Positions 9,340 through 19,222 of a stretch of 64,000 nucleotides of DNA are shown piece by piece. The first letter of the stretch is position 1; every line of letters starts with the position of its first letter. The notes beneath the pieces were generated by a model. The model saw nothing but the letters and a program-made list of their open reading frames with translations, was not told the DNA's origin and made no database searches. The stretch is from Minisyncoccota bacterium. GTDB lineage: Bacteria > Patescibacteriota > Minisyncoccia > 2-02-FULL-40-12 > GWA2-44-9. The DNA is taken from contig DASPGX010000006.1 in the NCBI GenBank assembly GCA_035620375.1, forward strand, positions 6,156-70,155. The letters are read 5' to 3'. The position numbers were made by a program, and so were the translations under genes.

Positions 9340-10215
9340 TTACATGTCGTCCAGCGAGCCGGGGTCCCTGAAGTCGTCGGGCGTAATCCACGCGACAAGA
9401 AAGGGGCGGGCGAGTCCGCGCCGCTCAATCCAGAACAGGAACGGCCGGTCGATGACGTACGGTCGGGGCCGGGGCTGGACCGACGTGCGCATGATGCCCA
9501 GCGCGACGCCGGATTTCGCGCGGAAGCCGAACTGGTTCATTTTCAACTTGGTCTGCTGAACCGCCTGCGCGACCTTGAACCGGTCGCCGGCGTCGTCGTT
9601 GGTCCACAGTTCCAGCATCCAGGAAATGTCCGGTTGGACGTCCAGGTTCACCATCGGAAAGTGCAGTGCATCGTACGTACGCAGCCCGGTGCGTTCGGTC
9701 GCGACCAGTTCCATGAGCGCCAGATCGTCAGGCGCCTGGCGCTTGCTCGGTCCGTCGGGCATCAGGGCGAAGTTGGCGACGTCTCCGCTCTCGGTCATCG
9801 CGTGGGCGATGACGCCCAGGCGGGACAGCGAAAACGTGACGTGCCGTGTGAGGAACACGCCGGGCACCTCGCCGGAGAGGTCCGGGACGTTCAGCGGCCG
9901 GACGGTGCCCATGGTTCTCCACTTGCCCGTTACGTCCAGCACGCTCGCCGTCCCGAATCCGTCGGGCGGGAACGGGTTGAGCGCGATGGCGAACTTCCGT
10001 TCCCGCAGGAACCGGTTGATGACCGCGTGGTCGCGTGACGCCGTGGATTCGATTTCCGGGATGCGCCCCAGCTCACGGCGGCAGGGGACGAAGTGATTCC
10101 CCAGAAACCGACGCTGCGTGTCGTTGACGGCGTGCCAAGTGCGGTCGGGTCCGAGAAACTCATCCGCCTTGTCCAGTGCGCCCGTGATGGGGTACGTACA
10201 GATGGTTCTGCTCAA
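9340..10215 (-). CDS. Hypothetical protein (about 291 aa), start re-assigned to TTG
   Basis: The ORF-track start (10515) overlaps the divergent GT2 gene. A strong minus-strand promoter TTGACC-17-TATTAT followed by GAGGAGA-6nt-TTG at 10213-10215 supports a shorter product. C-terminal motif VIDRPFLFWIERRG noted. Confidence 0.5.
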   Translation of the reverse strand: MSRTICTYPITGALDKADEFLGPDRTWHAVNDTQRRFLGNHFVPCRRELGRIPEIESTASRDHAVINRFLRERKFAIALNPFPPDGFGTASVLDVTGKWRTMGTVRPLNVPDLSGEVPGVFLTRHVTFSLSRLGVIAHAMTESGDVANFALMPDGPSKRQAPDDLALMELVATERTGLRTYDALHFPMVNLDVQPDISWMLELWTNDDAGDRFKVAQAVQQTKLKMNQFGFRAKSGVALGIMRTSVQPRPRPYVIDRPFLFWIERRGLARPFLVAWITPDDFRDPGSLDDM

Positions 10216-10330
10216 TATCCGTCTCCTCGTGTGGTTAAGAGCCGGGAAATAATACCTGAGAAAGTGACCGTGGTCAATCGCGCGTGTCCGCTTTGATTTT
10301 TCGCGCGTTGGATTATTATAGGTAGGAATT

Positions 10331-11056
10331 ATGGATGTATCCGTCGTCATTCCCGCGTACAACGAAGCCAAGCGCATCGGCGCGACCCTGGACGCCGTCT
10401 GTGCGTTTCTGTCGGCGAAGTCCGGACTCCGGTGGGAGGTGGTCGTGGTTGATAACCGTTCCAAGGACGACACCGCGGCCGTCGCGCGTTCCCGGGCGGA
10501 GAAGTGGCCGGGCATCAGGGTCGTCCGCGAAGAACAGCCCGGAAAAGGCTACGCGGTGACCGCGGGCATGCTCGCGGCAACGGGTGCGGCGCGTCTGTTC
10601 ATGGATGCGGACCACTCCACGACCATCGACCACTATGACCGGATGGCCCCGTTCCTCGGTGAGGGTTACGACGTCGTCATCGCGTCGCTGACCGAGCCGG
10701 GGGCTTCAGTGCGCAACGAGGGCAGGGAGCCGCTGTGGCGGGTCATTCTCGGAAAGCTTGGCAACAAGTGGATTCAGGTGTTCGCGGTATGGGGTATCGG
10801 TGATACGCAGCGGGGATTCAAGATGTTCAGTGAGCGTGCCGCGAAGGATATCTTTCCGCGCCTGACCGTATTCGGCTGGGGTTTTGACGTGGAGGTTCTC
10901 GCCATCGCCCGTGCGCGCGGATACCGCATCAAGGAGGTCCCCGTGCATCAGTGGAACAACGCGCCCGACTCCAAGGTGAACGTCTGGGCATATCCGCAGG
11001 TGCTTCTGCAGACCCTGCTGGTGTTCAGGAACCGGCTGTTCGGGAAGTACCGGTAA
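10331..11056 (+). CDS. Family-2 glycosyltransferase (dolichyl/polyprenyl-phosphate sugar synthase-like)
   Basis: MDVSVVIPAYNEAKRIGATL...VVVVDNRSKDDT...DADHS is the classic GT2 N-terminal signature with DxD. Confidence 0.8.
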   Translation: MDVSVVIPAYNEAKRIGATLDAVCAFLSAKSGLRWEVVVVDNRSKDDTAAVARSRAEKWPGIRVVREEQPGKGYAVTAGMLAATGAARLFMDADHSTTIDHYDRMAPFLGEGYDVVIASLTEPGASVRNEGREPLWRVILGKLGNKWIQVFAVWGIGDTQRGFKMFSERAAKDIFPRLTVFGWGFDVEVLAIARARGYRIKEVPVHQWNNAPDSKVNVWAYPQVLLQTLLVFRNRLFGKYR

Positions 11057-11057
11057 T

Positions 11058-12095
11058 ATGGCCGTATCCGAATTCCGCAAAGATCTGGTTTCCGGGGAAT
11101 GGGTGCTCATCGCAAGCGGCCGTGCACGGCGTCCGGACGCGCCGGAGAACAAACGGCCCGCACGCGAACCTTCCCGGAAGGAATCCTGTCCGTTCGAGGA
11201 TCCGCAGGCTTCGGGGAACGCCGCGCCGGTACTCGCGTATCACGGCGGTACGCGTATCCAATGGACGCCGGGGACGGATTGGTCGGTGCAGGTCATCCCC
11301 AACAAGTTTCCCGCACTGACGCCGGGCGTGTGCGGCGCTCCCGAGCGTACCGGGCCGTTCCTTACACACCCCGCACACGGGTTTCATGAACTGGTGGTCA
11401 CGCGGGATCACGAGCGGGGCTTCGCGCAGTTCACCGGCGCGGAGACCGCGGAGGTGCTGAAGGTGTACCGTGAACGTTTCCGGGAAATCGCCAAGGACGA
11501 ATGCGGGGACTATGTCAGTATTTTCCATAACTGGGGGAGGACGGCGGGGGCGAGCGTGTATCACAACCATTCGCAGATTATTTCCACTCCGGTGCTGCCC
11601 CCGGAGGTTCTGCGGAGCGTCAGCGGCGCAGATGCGTTCTACCGGACGCATGATGAGCCCGTACACCGGCGGCTTATCCAGTGGGAGATGAACCAGGGCC
11701 GCCGCATGGTCTACGAGAACGGCGCTTTCGTCGCCTTCTGCCCGTACGTGTCCAAGACGCCGTATGAGGTCCGTATTTTCCCCAAGCGGCATGAGCCGCG
11801 CTTTGAGAATATCCGCGATGACGAGATTGAGGATTGCGCACAGGCGCTGAACGCCGTTCTGGGTTCGGTGTATGACGCTCTCGGCGACCCGGATTACAAC
11901 TTCTATATTCATACGGCTCCGGTGACCAAGGATCCGGCGGTCAGTTATGACTTCTATCACTGGCATATCGAGATTGTACCCCGTATCTCGGTGCCGGCGG
12001 GTTTTGAGCTCGGTACGGCGATATATATCAACGTCGTCGACCCCGACGATGCGGCGGCGAAGCTCCGTGAGGCGGTCCGTAACGGTTCAACATGA
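11058..12095 (+). CDS. GalT-like HIT-family nucleotidyltransferase (galactose-1-phosphate uridylyltransferase family)
   Basis: HxHxQ active-site motif (YHNHSQI) and N-terminal Cys/His zinc region (SCPFED). Tandem half-domains typical of the GalT fold. Confidence 0.6.
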   Translation: MAVSEFRKDLVSGEWVLIASGRARRPDAPENKRPAREPSRKESCPFEDPQASGNAAPVLAYHGGTRIQWTPGTDWSVQVIPNKFPALTPGVCGAPERTGPFLTHPAHGFHELVVTRDHERGFAQFTGAETAEVLKVYRERFREIAKDECGDYVSIFHNWGRTAGASVYHNHSQIISTPVLPPEVLRSVSGADAFYRTHDEPVHRRLIQWEMNQGRRMVYENGAFVAFCPYVSKTPYEVRIFPKRHEPRFENIRDDEIEDCAQALNAVLGSVYDALGDPDYNFYIHTAPVTKDPAVSYDFYHWHIEIVPRISVPAGFELGTAIYINVVDPDDAAAKLREAVRNGST

Positions 12096-12862
12096 AGAAG
12101 TTCATTATCGCCAACTGGAAGATGATGCCGCGCGACGCCGCACATGTCCGGGAGATTCTCGTGCGCACGGACGAGTTCCTCCAGGGCTTCCAGGAGCGTA
12201 CGCCGATGTCGCTCGTGTTCTGTCCGCCGTTCGTGTTCCTGGACGAGGTTGCGGGATTCCTGCGGCAGTCGCACCTGCTGCATGACGCCGAACTCGGCGC
12301 GCAGGACGTTGCCGCCCGCGACGAGGGCGCCGCGACCGGCGAAGTCTCCGGAAGCCAGCTTGTTGCGTCGGGAGTACGCTATGTCATTGTCGGACACAGT
12401 GAGCGGCGGGCGATGGGCGAGGACGATGATGCGGTGAACGCCAAACTCAAGGCCGCGCTCCGGAACGGTCTGGTGCCCATCGTCTGCGTCGGTGAGGTTT
12501 CACGTGACGGGGAATGGGAGGATATGCTCCGTGCACAGCTCAGGGGAACATTCCGGGACTCCGGATCCGATGACGTGTCCCGCTGCCTGATTGCCTATGA
12601 GCCCGTGTGGGCGATAAGTACGACGCCCGGAGCGAAGCCCGATACACCCGCAAGCGCAGCGCAGTCGGCCGGGCTCATACGGGAATTCCTCCGGAGCGAA
12701 TTCGGGAGCGGGGACGTACGGGTACTGTACGGCGGTTCGGTGAAACCGGATAACGCGGCGGGATTTCTGACGGATGAAGCGTTCAACGGCGTGCTGGTGG
12801 GCGGGGCGTCCGTGAAACCTGACGACTTCGCCGCGATTATCAGGGCATCCGTCATCACATGA
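12092..12862 (+). CDS. tpiA: Triose-phosphate isomerase
   Basis: N-terminal IIANWKM motif, catalytic VGHSERR, YGGSV near the C-terminus. Confidence 0.9.
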   Translation: MKKFIIANWKMMPRDAAHVREILVRTDEFLQGFQERTPMSLVFCPPFVFLDEVAGFLRQSHLLHDAELGAQDVAARDEGAATGEVSGSQLVASGVRYVIVGHSERRAMGEDDDAVNAKLKAALRNGLVPIVCVGEVSRDGEWEDMLRAQLRGTFRDSGSDDVSRCLIAYEPVWAISTTPGAKPDTPASAAQSAGLIREFLRSEFGSGDVRVLYGGSVKPDNAAGFLTDEAFNGVLVGGASVKPDDFAAIIRASVIT

Positions 12863-13950
12863 GAACCGTACGCGACATTCCCGGCCTATCGGACGCCACC
12901 GTTCTGCTGCGGGCGGACCTGGATGTGCCGGTCGCGGAGAACGGACTCATCGAAGAGGAGTTCCGCATCATCCAGCAGAAGGAAAACCTGGACTTTCTTC
13001 TTTCCGGCGGCGCGCGGGTCGTCATGGTCGCGCACGCCTCGGATCCCCAGGCGCAGTCATTCCGCGGACTCCTGCCGCAGCTCAAACGGCTGTTCGGACG
13101 GGAGATTTCGTTCCTCGCCGGACTGGAGGATATCCGGAATGTTTCCGGACGGGCAGGTTCCTTCTATCTGTTGGACAACGTGCGGCGATGGCCGGAGGAG
13201 ACGCGCAACGACGCGGCATTCGCCGCAGAACTCGCCGACGGATTCGACGTGTACGTGAACAACGCGTTCGCCGTCGTGCACCGGGAGCACGCATCCGTCT
13301 CCGCTGCCGCGTTTATCAAGCCCGCGTACGCGGGACTGCTGGTGGAGAAGGAGATACGGCAGCTTTCCGACGTCATCGACGCCCCGGCGGAGGGGAAGGT
13401 CCTCATCATGGGCGGGGCCAAGGCGTCCACGAAGGTACCCGTCATCAGTAATCTCATCGCCAAGGCGGAGCACGTGCTGGTCGGCGGCATCGTCGCCAAC
13501 GACATCCTCAAGGCAAAGGGGCAGGATATCGGATCGTCCCGGGTGGATGACAATATCGGGCAGCTGCTCAAGGGACTGGACCTGGATGACCCGCGTCTGC
13601 ACGTTCCCGACGATTCGGTTGTCGAGGAGGGTGCGTACATGGACCTGGGCCCCAATTCCGTGCATGCGTATACGTCCATCATCAAATCGGCGAAGACCGT
13701 CATCTGGAACGGTCCGGTCGGGAAGTTCGAAGATATCCGATTCGCCGGCGGTACGCTGGCCATCGCCAGGGCGATTGTCGACAGCGGCGCGTTCTCCCTC
13801 ATCGGCGGCGGTGATACGATTGCGGCCGTGAGCCAGGCCGGTTTGCTGAACCGCTTCGGTCATGTGTCCACCGGAGGAGGAGCGATGCTTGCGTTCCTGT
13901 CGGGCGAGCGGCTGCCGGGGCTCGTACCGCTGGGCGTCTATCCGAAATGA
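12859..13950 (+). CDS. pgk: Phosphoglycerate kinase
   Basis: LLRADLDVPV N-terminal substrate-binding motif. C-terminal IGGGDTIAAV...STGGGAMLAFLSGERLPGL nucleotide-binding signature. 4-nt overlap with tpiA. Confidence 0.85.
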   Translation: MRTVRDIPGLSDATVLLRADLDVPVAENGLIEEEFRIIQQKENLDFLLSGGARVVMVAHASDPQAQSFRGLLPQLKRLFGREISFLAGLEDIRNVSGRAGSFYLLDNVRRWPEETRNDAAFAAELADGFDVYVNNAFAVVHREHASVSAAAFIKPAYAGLLVEKEIRQLSDVIDAPAEGKVLIMGGAKASTKVPVISNLIAKAEHVLVGGIVANDILKAKGQDIGSSRVDDNIGQLLKGLDLDDPRLHVPDDSVVEEGAYMDLGPNSVHAYTSIIKSAKTVIWNGPVGKFEDIRFAGGTLAIARAIVDSGAFSLIGGGDTIAAVSQAGLLNRFGHVSTGGGAMLAFLSGERLPGLVPLGVYPK

Positions 13951-14852
13951 TGAAATTCACCGAACACCGCGCGACCCGCAGGGCCGCGTCCAAGAAGATT
14001 GTTGTGTTGTACCATGCCGAGTGCACGGACGGCTTTGTTGCGGCGTGGGCGGCATTCCGGCACTTCGGGAAGAAGGCCGAATACCATGCGGTGGAGCACC
14101 AGTACCCGATGCCCGAAAAGCTCACGGGCAAGGAAGTCTATACGCTCGATTTTACGTATCCCGAGGACATCACGCGGGCCCTGATGGCCGATAACGAGCG
14201 GGTTACCAGCATCGACCACCACGTGTCGGTCGCCGATGTGACGCGCATGACCGTCGGCGGGGTGTACGACAACGACCATTCCGGGGCGATGCTCTCGTGG
14301 AAGTATTTTCATCCGGACGTTCCCGCGCCGCTGCTTGTCCGCATCGTGGAGGACTACGACCTGCACCGGTTCAGTCTGCCGGAGACGCGGACCATCATGG
14401 ATTTTCTTGACCTGTATGACTTTGAGTTCACCACGTACACCAAGCTTGCACGGATGCTGGACCGTCCGATGGGCCTCAGGCGGGGACTCCGCACCGGCGG
14501 CATCGTGAGCCTGTACCGTGAGCGGGCGGTGCGGAGCCTGATGGGAAACTCCACGTACGAGGTGCAGTTTGACGAACATAAGGCAGGTGCCATCAATACC
14601 GAGTTTTATCATGCCGAAATTGCCACCCTTCTGGCGGAGAAATACCATGTCGGCATCGCGTGGCGCGTGCGGCCGCACGGAACCTATGTGTCCCTGCGCT
14701 CGGACGGCACGGTGAACGTCGCTGATCTGGCGTCGCGGTACGGGGGCGGGGGACATGCGCGCTCGGCAGGTTTCGTCGTCGCCTCTCCCTCGCATCTGCC
14801 GTTCCAGCAGGCCGCCGGTGAACAGACGGATGCCCCGAACAATGAGCGCTGA
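13947..14852 (+). CDS. DHH-family phosphoesterase (NrnA-like nanoRNase/pAp phosphatase)
   Basis: DHH motif (SIDHHVS) and DHHA1 GGGH motif (YGGGGHARSAG). Confidence 0.7.
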   Translation: MMKFTEHRATRRAASKKIVVLYHAECTDGFVAAWAAFRHFGKKAEYHAVEHQYPMPEKLTGKEVYTLDFTYPEDITRALMADNERVTSIDHHVSVADVTRMTVGGVYDNDHSGAMLSWKYFHPDVPAPLLVRIVEDYDLHRFSLPETRTIMDFLDLYDFEFTTYTKLARMLDRPMGLRRGLRTGGIVSLYRERAVRSLMGNSTYEVQFDEHKAGAINTEFYHAEIATLLAEKYHVGIAWRVRPHGTYVSLRSDGTVNVADLASRYGGGGHARSAGFVVASPSHLPFQQAAGEQTDAPNNER

Positions 14853-15282
14853 CGGATACATTATTTTTGCGGACGGCGGAGCCCGGGGGAACCCGGGTCC
14901 TGCGGCGTACGGCTTCGTGCTCCGCGGCGCGGATATCGCGGAATTCGCCTACGGAAAGGCAATCGGAAAGGCGACGAACAACGTCGCCGAGTACACGGCG
15001 GCCATTGAAGCGCTCAAAAAACTCAAATCGCTCATCGGGGCGGAGCGCGCCGCGGCGGCATCCGTGCAGGTCAACGCGGACAGCGAACTGCTGGTCAAAC
15101 AGATGAACCGCGAGTACCGGGTGAAGGACCCCGACCTCCAGCGCATGTACATGGAACTGCACAATGTGATGATGGACTTCCGCGCCGTCGCCTTCGTGCA
15201 TGTCCGCCGCGAACAGAACAAGCTCGCCGACCATATGGTCAACGACGCTTTGGACAGGGAACAGGCGACCCTGGAACTCTGA
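14842..15282 (+). CDS. rnhA: Ribonuclease HI-like protein
   Basis: Start is taken at the internal ATG (MSADGYIIFADGGARGNPGPAAYGFVL). Catalytic DGG...NNVAEYTAAIEAL...D pattern of the RNase H fold. 11-nt overlap with the upstream gene. Confidence 0.7.
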   Translation: MSADGYIIFADGGARGNPGPAAYGFVLRGADIAEFAYGKAIGKATNNVAEYTAAIEALKKLKSLIGAERAAAASVQVNADSELLVKQMNREYRVKDPDLQRMYMELHNVMMDFRAVAFVHVRREQNKLADHMVNDALDREQATLEL

Positions 15283-15399
15283 TTTTCCGCGTAAAGACGC
15301 CTCCGCATGGCGCGATTCAACGGCTCATCAGGTGAGCCGTTGAACTGTTGATAGTATCTGCGTTTCAGAGGGCGTTTTCGCGTTATACTTACAGGGAAT

Positions 15400-16518
15400 A
15401 TGCCGGAGCCAGCGGAAAAGGAGCCGGTGGTTTTTGAGGGGTCACCCACGGGGCGGCGGGCCGAGTTTGATTGGCTGATGAACCGGGAAAACCCGGAAAG
15501 CACCTATCAGCAGGCGATCGAGGACATCGTCGCCGATGCGCAGGCGATGGAGCGTACGCTCAAGTCCATCGACGCGATGCCGCAGGCGGTGGATGCGACC
15601 GAGGAGAAGCTCCGGAAAGAACACCAGAAAAAGGCTCATGACGACCTCATCAGGCTGAGGGACAAATACGAGGACCTGGTCAACAGCCTGCCTCCCGACC
15701 ACGAGCTGCGTTCCAAGGCGGCGCCTATGGAACAGGCAGCGGCTGAAATCTTCAATTCCATGCTGCGCAAGTCGGCCGGCCAGCTGGAGGAAGGCGCAAT
15801 CGTCAACGTGGGCAGTGACCGTGATTTGAACGGCGAACCCGGCACGCAGGCGCCCGGACAGAACCGGGAGAAGGCCCGTGTGCTGGACAAGGAAAAATAC
15901 GAGCAGCGGGTCTGGGCAATTCTGCAGGACGTCGTGCAAATCGGCGAGATGCTCAATTTCAAGGGCAACGACACGAAGGTCCGCGAGACGATGCTCCGGG
16001 AATTGCTCCGTCTGGAAGAGGTTCTCCGCGACTTGGACGTCAGCGCGCAGTATCCCGATTCGCAAATCCGGAGGGATGCCGAGCGCATCATTGACGAGCT
16101 CGGCAAGCGGTGGCAGGAGCTTGTGCCGCCGGAGAAGCCGTCTCCGCCTTCCGTTCCACGGCCGCGCACGCCTAAGGGAAGCGTCTTCGCCGCGTGGATG
16201 CCCCGTGTTCCGCGTCCGGCCTACGCCGCAAGACCCGACATGCGTGTCATGCTTGCCGCGGTGTCCGCGCTTCCGCCGTTGGCCGTTCCCGCTCCGGCTC
16301 CGGGACGCGCCAAACCCAAGGTTCCGGTTCTGCCGAAGGATTGGGACAGCTTGGACGAGGCCGCCCGTGTCGCCGCGCTGGAAACCTTCCTCGGCGATTT
16401 CATCGCGGAATACTCCCGCATCATGGGGGAGCACCGTGCGGCGTTGCAGGCAATCATTTCCGGGGTCAAAGAGCGGAAGCTCAAGGCGCTCCGTGCTAAA
16501 CTGGACGTATCAGAATGA
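15400..16518 (+). CDS. Hypothetical coiled-coil protein with Pro-rich C-terminal half (372 aa)
   Basis: Long ORF with consistent GC3 codon bias. First of three genes on one strand, each overlapping the next by 4 nt. No known domain. Confidence 0.55.
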   Translation: MPEPAEKEPVVFEGSPTGRRAEFDWLMNRENPESTYQQAIEDIVADAQAMERTLKSIDAMPQAVDATEEKLRKEHQKKAHDDLIRLRDKYEDLVNSLPPDHELRSKAAPMEQAAAEIFNSMLRKSAGQLEEGAIVNVGSDRDLNGEPGTQAPGQNREKARVLDKEKYEQRVWAILQDVVQIGEMLNFKGNDTKVRETMLRELLRLEEVLRDLDVSAQYPDSQIRRDAERIIDELGKRWQELVPPEKPSPPSVPRPRTPKGSVFAAWMPRVPRPAYAARPDMRVMLAAVSALPPLAVPAPAPGRAKPKVPVLPKDWDSLDEAARVAALETFLGDFIAEYSRIMGEHRAALQAIISGVKERKLKALRAKLDVSE

Positions 16519-18851
16519 AAAGATTTTTCTCCGCACTGAAGAATTCATTCGCACTTTCGGAGTCCGGGCCTCCCCGGGTCCGGCTTGCCGCTTCTGACGA
16601 CATGCCCGATCTGCCCAAGCCGCCTGTGCCGCCGAAGCCGGTACGTATGCCCGAGGCTCCGCTCCGGAGCATAGAAGGGGAGAAGGGCGGAGAAGGAGCA
16701 GCCGTGGAATCCGGCCCCGAATCGTCGGCGGAAGTCGCCGGGCAGATTGAACAGGCCATCGGCGAATCCGCGGACCGCGGCATCGCCGAGGCGCACAAGG
16801 CCGCGGATGCTCCCGAACTCGCGGATGATTTGAATGCGCAGACGGAGGCGAAGGGCCTTGGCGATGCCACGGCGGCGGATGTCGCGGGGCTGAAGGCGGG
16901 TGCTGCCGAGAGCCTTGCGGGCGCGAAAGCGGGACAGGCGTCCGTCGGAGAAAAGCCGCTCACCGGTCTCACCGAAAAAGAAGTGGTTGAAAGCGCGCTG
17001 GGCTCACCGCCGCCGCCTCCTCCCGCCGTGAAGCCGGAGAAGCGGGAACCGGACGTTTCAGAAATTGATGTCCTTGAAACGGAAGGCGGGGAACTGCACC
17101 AGGTCCTGGAGCGCGACGCTCAGGGCAGGCCCTCCAAGACGCTCTTCATGGGAAAGAAGGAACAGCCGGCCCCGGCCACGCCCAAGATTCCGGAAGTGCC
17201 CAAGCCGCCGCGGCCTGCCGGAGCACGGGATGCCGGGGGAGAGAGGATTATGGTTCCGGCGCCGCGCGCGACCGAGATGGTGGAACGGGGCGCTGCGGAG
17301 CGTCTCCAAAAGTTGCACGCCAAATGGAAGGCAAGCGGCGCGACCGAACCGACGCCTGAACTCAGGGCCGCACAGAAGGATTTGGCTGACGCGTCGCGTC
17401 GCCGGCAGGAGGCTGCCGCGAAGGAGGCAGCCAAGCTTGTGGAAGAACAGGAACTCAAAGGAACTATCGCTCCGCGCCGCGTGACCGCGGAATCCGGAAA
17501 ACCCAAGGCCGAGGAGCCGCCGGTGCGGAAAACCGTCGGAACGCCGCCTCCGCCTCCGCCTCCGCCTCCGCCGTCCGTCGCCGGAGAGCCGTACGAGAAG
17601 CCCGGGGTGAGCACGTTCAAGAAGGTCGGTTCTCCGCCGCCTCCGGTTTCCGGCCCGGATAAGCCGCCGACCGGTCCCGATAAAGCACCTCCGATCACGG
17701 AGAAGTCCGTTCCCGTCGGAGGTCCGGACAGGCGGAGCGGAGACGAGCAGTATTCCGGCGATCCGCGCTCGTGGTTCGAGCGCAACCTCCCGACGTTCGG
17801 CGGGCGGTGGCTCGGTGCGAAATGGTACGAAATCAAGGTGGAAGCCGCCAAAGGACCGGTCATCCGCGGACAGAAGAATCTTGAAGCGCAACGCGGGGAA
17901 ACGCGGAAGATTCAGGACAATTACGAGAAGTACCGCGGAAGAGGCTTGGGGTTGCGGGCGTCGTGGTACAAGATGCGCCTGAACCGTTCCTTGTCCAAGG
18001 AGCGCGACTATGAGCGGCAGATGAGGGACTACAACGGACGCATGCGCACGCACGAGGAAAACCTCAAGCGCGTCCTCCGTTCCTACGAGCGGGAGTACGA
18101 CGAGAAGCTCCGGCCGTTCGAGCACGAGGTCAAGGCGGAGCGTGAGCGTCTGACGGCGCTCCGGGAGGTGAACGGCAATCTATCAGAATCATTGAAGGTC
18201 GCGCATGAGGAGCTGTTGCGGCTTGAGGACGAGGGGCGCAACCGCCGCGATATCAGACGCACGCCGGAATGGAGTCGTGCGGTCGCTGACGTGCGCAAAG
18301 GAATGCGCGACATTGAACGCCGCATCACGCGGAACGAACTGGAGATTGCGGAACGCAACGCGCGCCTGGTGCGTGCGGACCAGCGGGCCGATGTGTGGCG
18401 CCAGAAGAAGAACGACCTCGCCGAGCGTGCCAAGTCGGAGGAGTTTGAATTTGATCTGCCGAATCCCGAGGAGGCGGCCGGCGAAAAGCCCGGGGCGATG
18501 CCTGAGTATGAGACGACCGGCCAGGGTCCCGTTTTCCGCGAGGGTGCCGAGCCGGAGGACAAGGAGCCGGGTCCCCGCCGACCGGTCGCCGAGCGGTTCA
18601 TTGATAAATGGAACCGGTTGCACAAAAGCATCGCGGGCGAGCAGATTGATGGTAAACTTTTCCTGCAACGGCTTACGGAGCGGCTGAAGGCGCGGGGAAC
18701 GGACGATATCAAACAGGCGACTGTCGCGGAACTCGGCCTGGTACTGAAGAGTATTGCCGATGAAAAAGGGGTTGTCAGGCTGCAGAGCTGGTGGGACCAG
18801 CGCATCGATGAGGCATTCAACGCCGTGAAGCCCAAGAAAAAAACATCATGA
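16515..18851 (+). CDS. Hypothetical large protein (778 aa): disordered Pro/Ala-rich N-terminal half, poly-Pro tracts, C-terminal Arg/Glu-rich coiled coil
   Basis: Overlaps the upstream and downstream genes by 4 nt. Contains PPPPPPPPPP encoded by a (CCGCCT)n microsatellite. No TM segment and no known domain. Confidence 0.55.
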   Translation: MKRFFSALKNSFALSESGPPRVRLAASDDMPDLPKPPVPPKPVRMPEAPLRSIEGEKGGEGAAVESGPESSAEVAGQIEQAIGESADRGIAEAHKAADAPELADDLNAQTEAKGLGDATAADVAGLKAGAAESLAGAKAGQASVGEKPLTGLTEKEVVESALGSPPPPPPAVKPEKREPDVSEIDVLETEGGELHQVLERDAQGRPSKTLFMGKKEQPAPATPKIPEVPKPPRPAGARDAGGERIMVPAPRATEMVERGAAERLQKLHAKWKASGATEPTPELRAAQKDLADASRRRQEAAAKEAAKLVEEQELKGTIAPRRVTAESGKPKAEEPPVRKTVGTPPPPPPPPPPSVAGEPYEKPGVSTFKKVGSPPPPVSGPDKPPTGPDKAPPITEKSVPVGGPDRRSGDEQYSGDPRSWFERNLPTFGGRWLGAKWYEIKVEAAKGPVIRGQKNLEAQRGETRKIQDNYEKYRGRGLGLRASWYKMRLNRSLSKERDYERQMRDYNGRMRTHEENLKRVLRSYEREYDEKLRPFEHEVKAERERLTALREVNGNLSESLKVAHEELLRLEDEGRNRRDIRRTPEWSRAVADVRKGMRDIERRITRNELEIAERNARLVRADQRADVWRQKKNDLAERAKSEEFEFDLPNPEEAAGEKPGAMPEYETTGQGPVFREGAEPEDKEPGPRRPVAERFIDKWNRLHKSIAGEQIDGKLFLQRLTERLKARGTDDIKQATVAELGLVLKSIADEKGVVRLQSWWDQRIDEAFNAVKPKKKTS
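17544..17573 (+). repeat. (CCGCCT)4-5 hexanucleotide microsatellite inside the CDS, encoding a poly-proline tract
   Basis: ccgcctccgcctccgcctccgcctccgccg is visible directly. In-frame, so slippage would change the Pro-tract length without a frameshift. Confidence 0.8.
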
Positions 18852-19186
18852 GCGACCCAGTAAAGAAAATGAGCGACGACGAATTGTTGTCCCGGCTCCG
18901 GGAGCTTGGCGACGGTCTGCAGGAGCTGGACGCCGAAGCAGGTGCCGATTTGGACGGACTCTACGCAGATAGCGATAAATCATTGGCGTATCTTGAGTCA
19001 GCGGATTTGGATTCTGAGCTGGCACCGTCCGAGGAAGCGCTCGCCGGCGACGTGAAGGCGGAACTGGAGCGCACGGATGCAACCATCGTGCGCGAACAGG
19101 GTATTCTGGAACGGATGGAGGCCGAAAGCGCCGCGGAACAGGAGCGGGATGAGGAGGAATCCGCTTCTGCGGACGCGGAAGGATAG
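18848..19186 (+). CDS. Small acidic hypothetical protein (112 aa, Asp/Glu-rich)
   Basis: Third overlapping gene of the 15400-19186 operon. Followed by a strong terminator. Confidence 0.5.
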   Translation: MSDPVKKMSDDELLSRLRELGDGLQELDAEAGADLDGLYADSDKSLAYLESADLDSELAPSEEALAGDVKAELERTDATIVREQGILERMEAESAAEQERDEEESASADAEG

Positions 19187-19194
19187 GGCACTGA

Positions 19195-19222
19195 TTTGCG
19201 GAACCAAAAACCCCCGTGAGGG
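19195..19222. terminator. Bidirectional rho-independent terminator
   Basis: ACCCCCGTGAGGGGGCTTTTGG on the + strand. The same hairpin with a T-run on the minus strand ends rnpB. Confidence 0.7.

Noticed and set aside
8134-10038. 634-aa ORF on the + strand
   Set aside because: It runs antisense to dprA and the 9340-10215 gene. The product is Arg/Gly/Ala-rich low-complexity, typical of GC-rich antisense frames, with no start or RBS context.
9340-10515. Serpin assignment for the 391-aa ORF (C-terminal VIDRPFLFWIERRG and a hinge-like NQFGFRAKSGVA segment resemble serpin signatures)
   Set aside because: The first about 100 codons overlap the divergent GT2 gene and its promoter. The supportable product is about 291 aa, too short for a serpin core. 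The N-terminal serpin helices are not recognisable. Kept as hypothetical.
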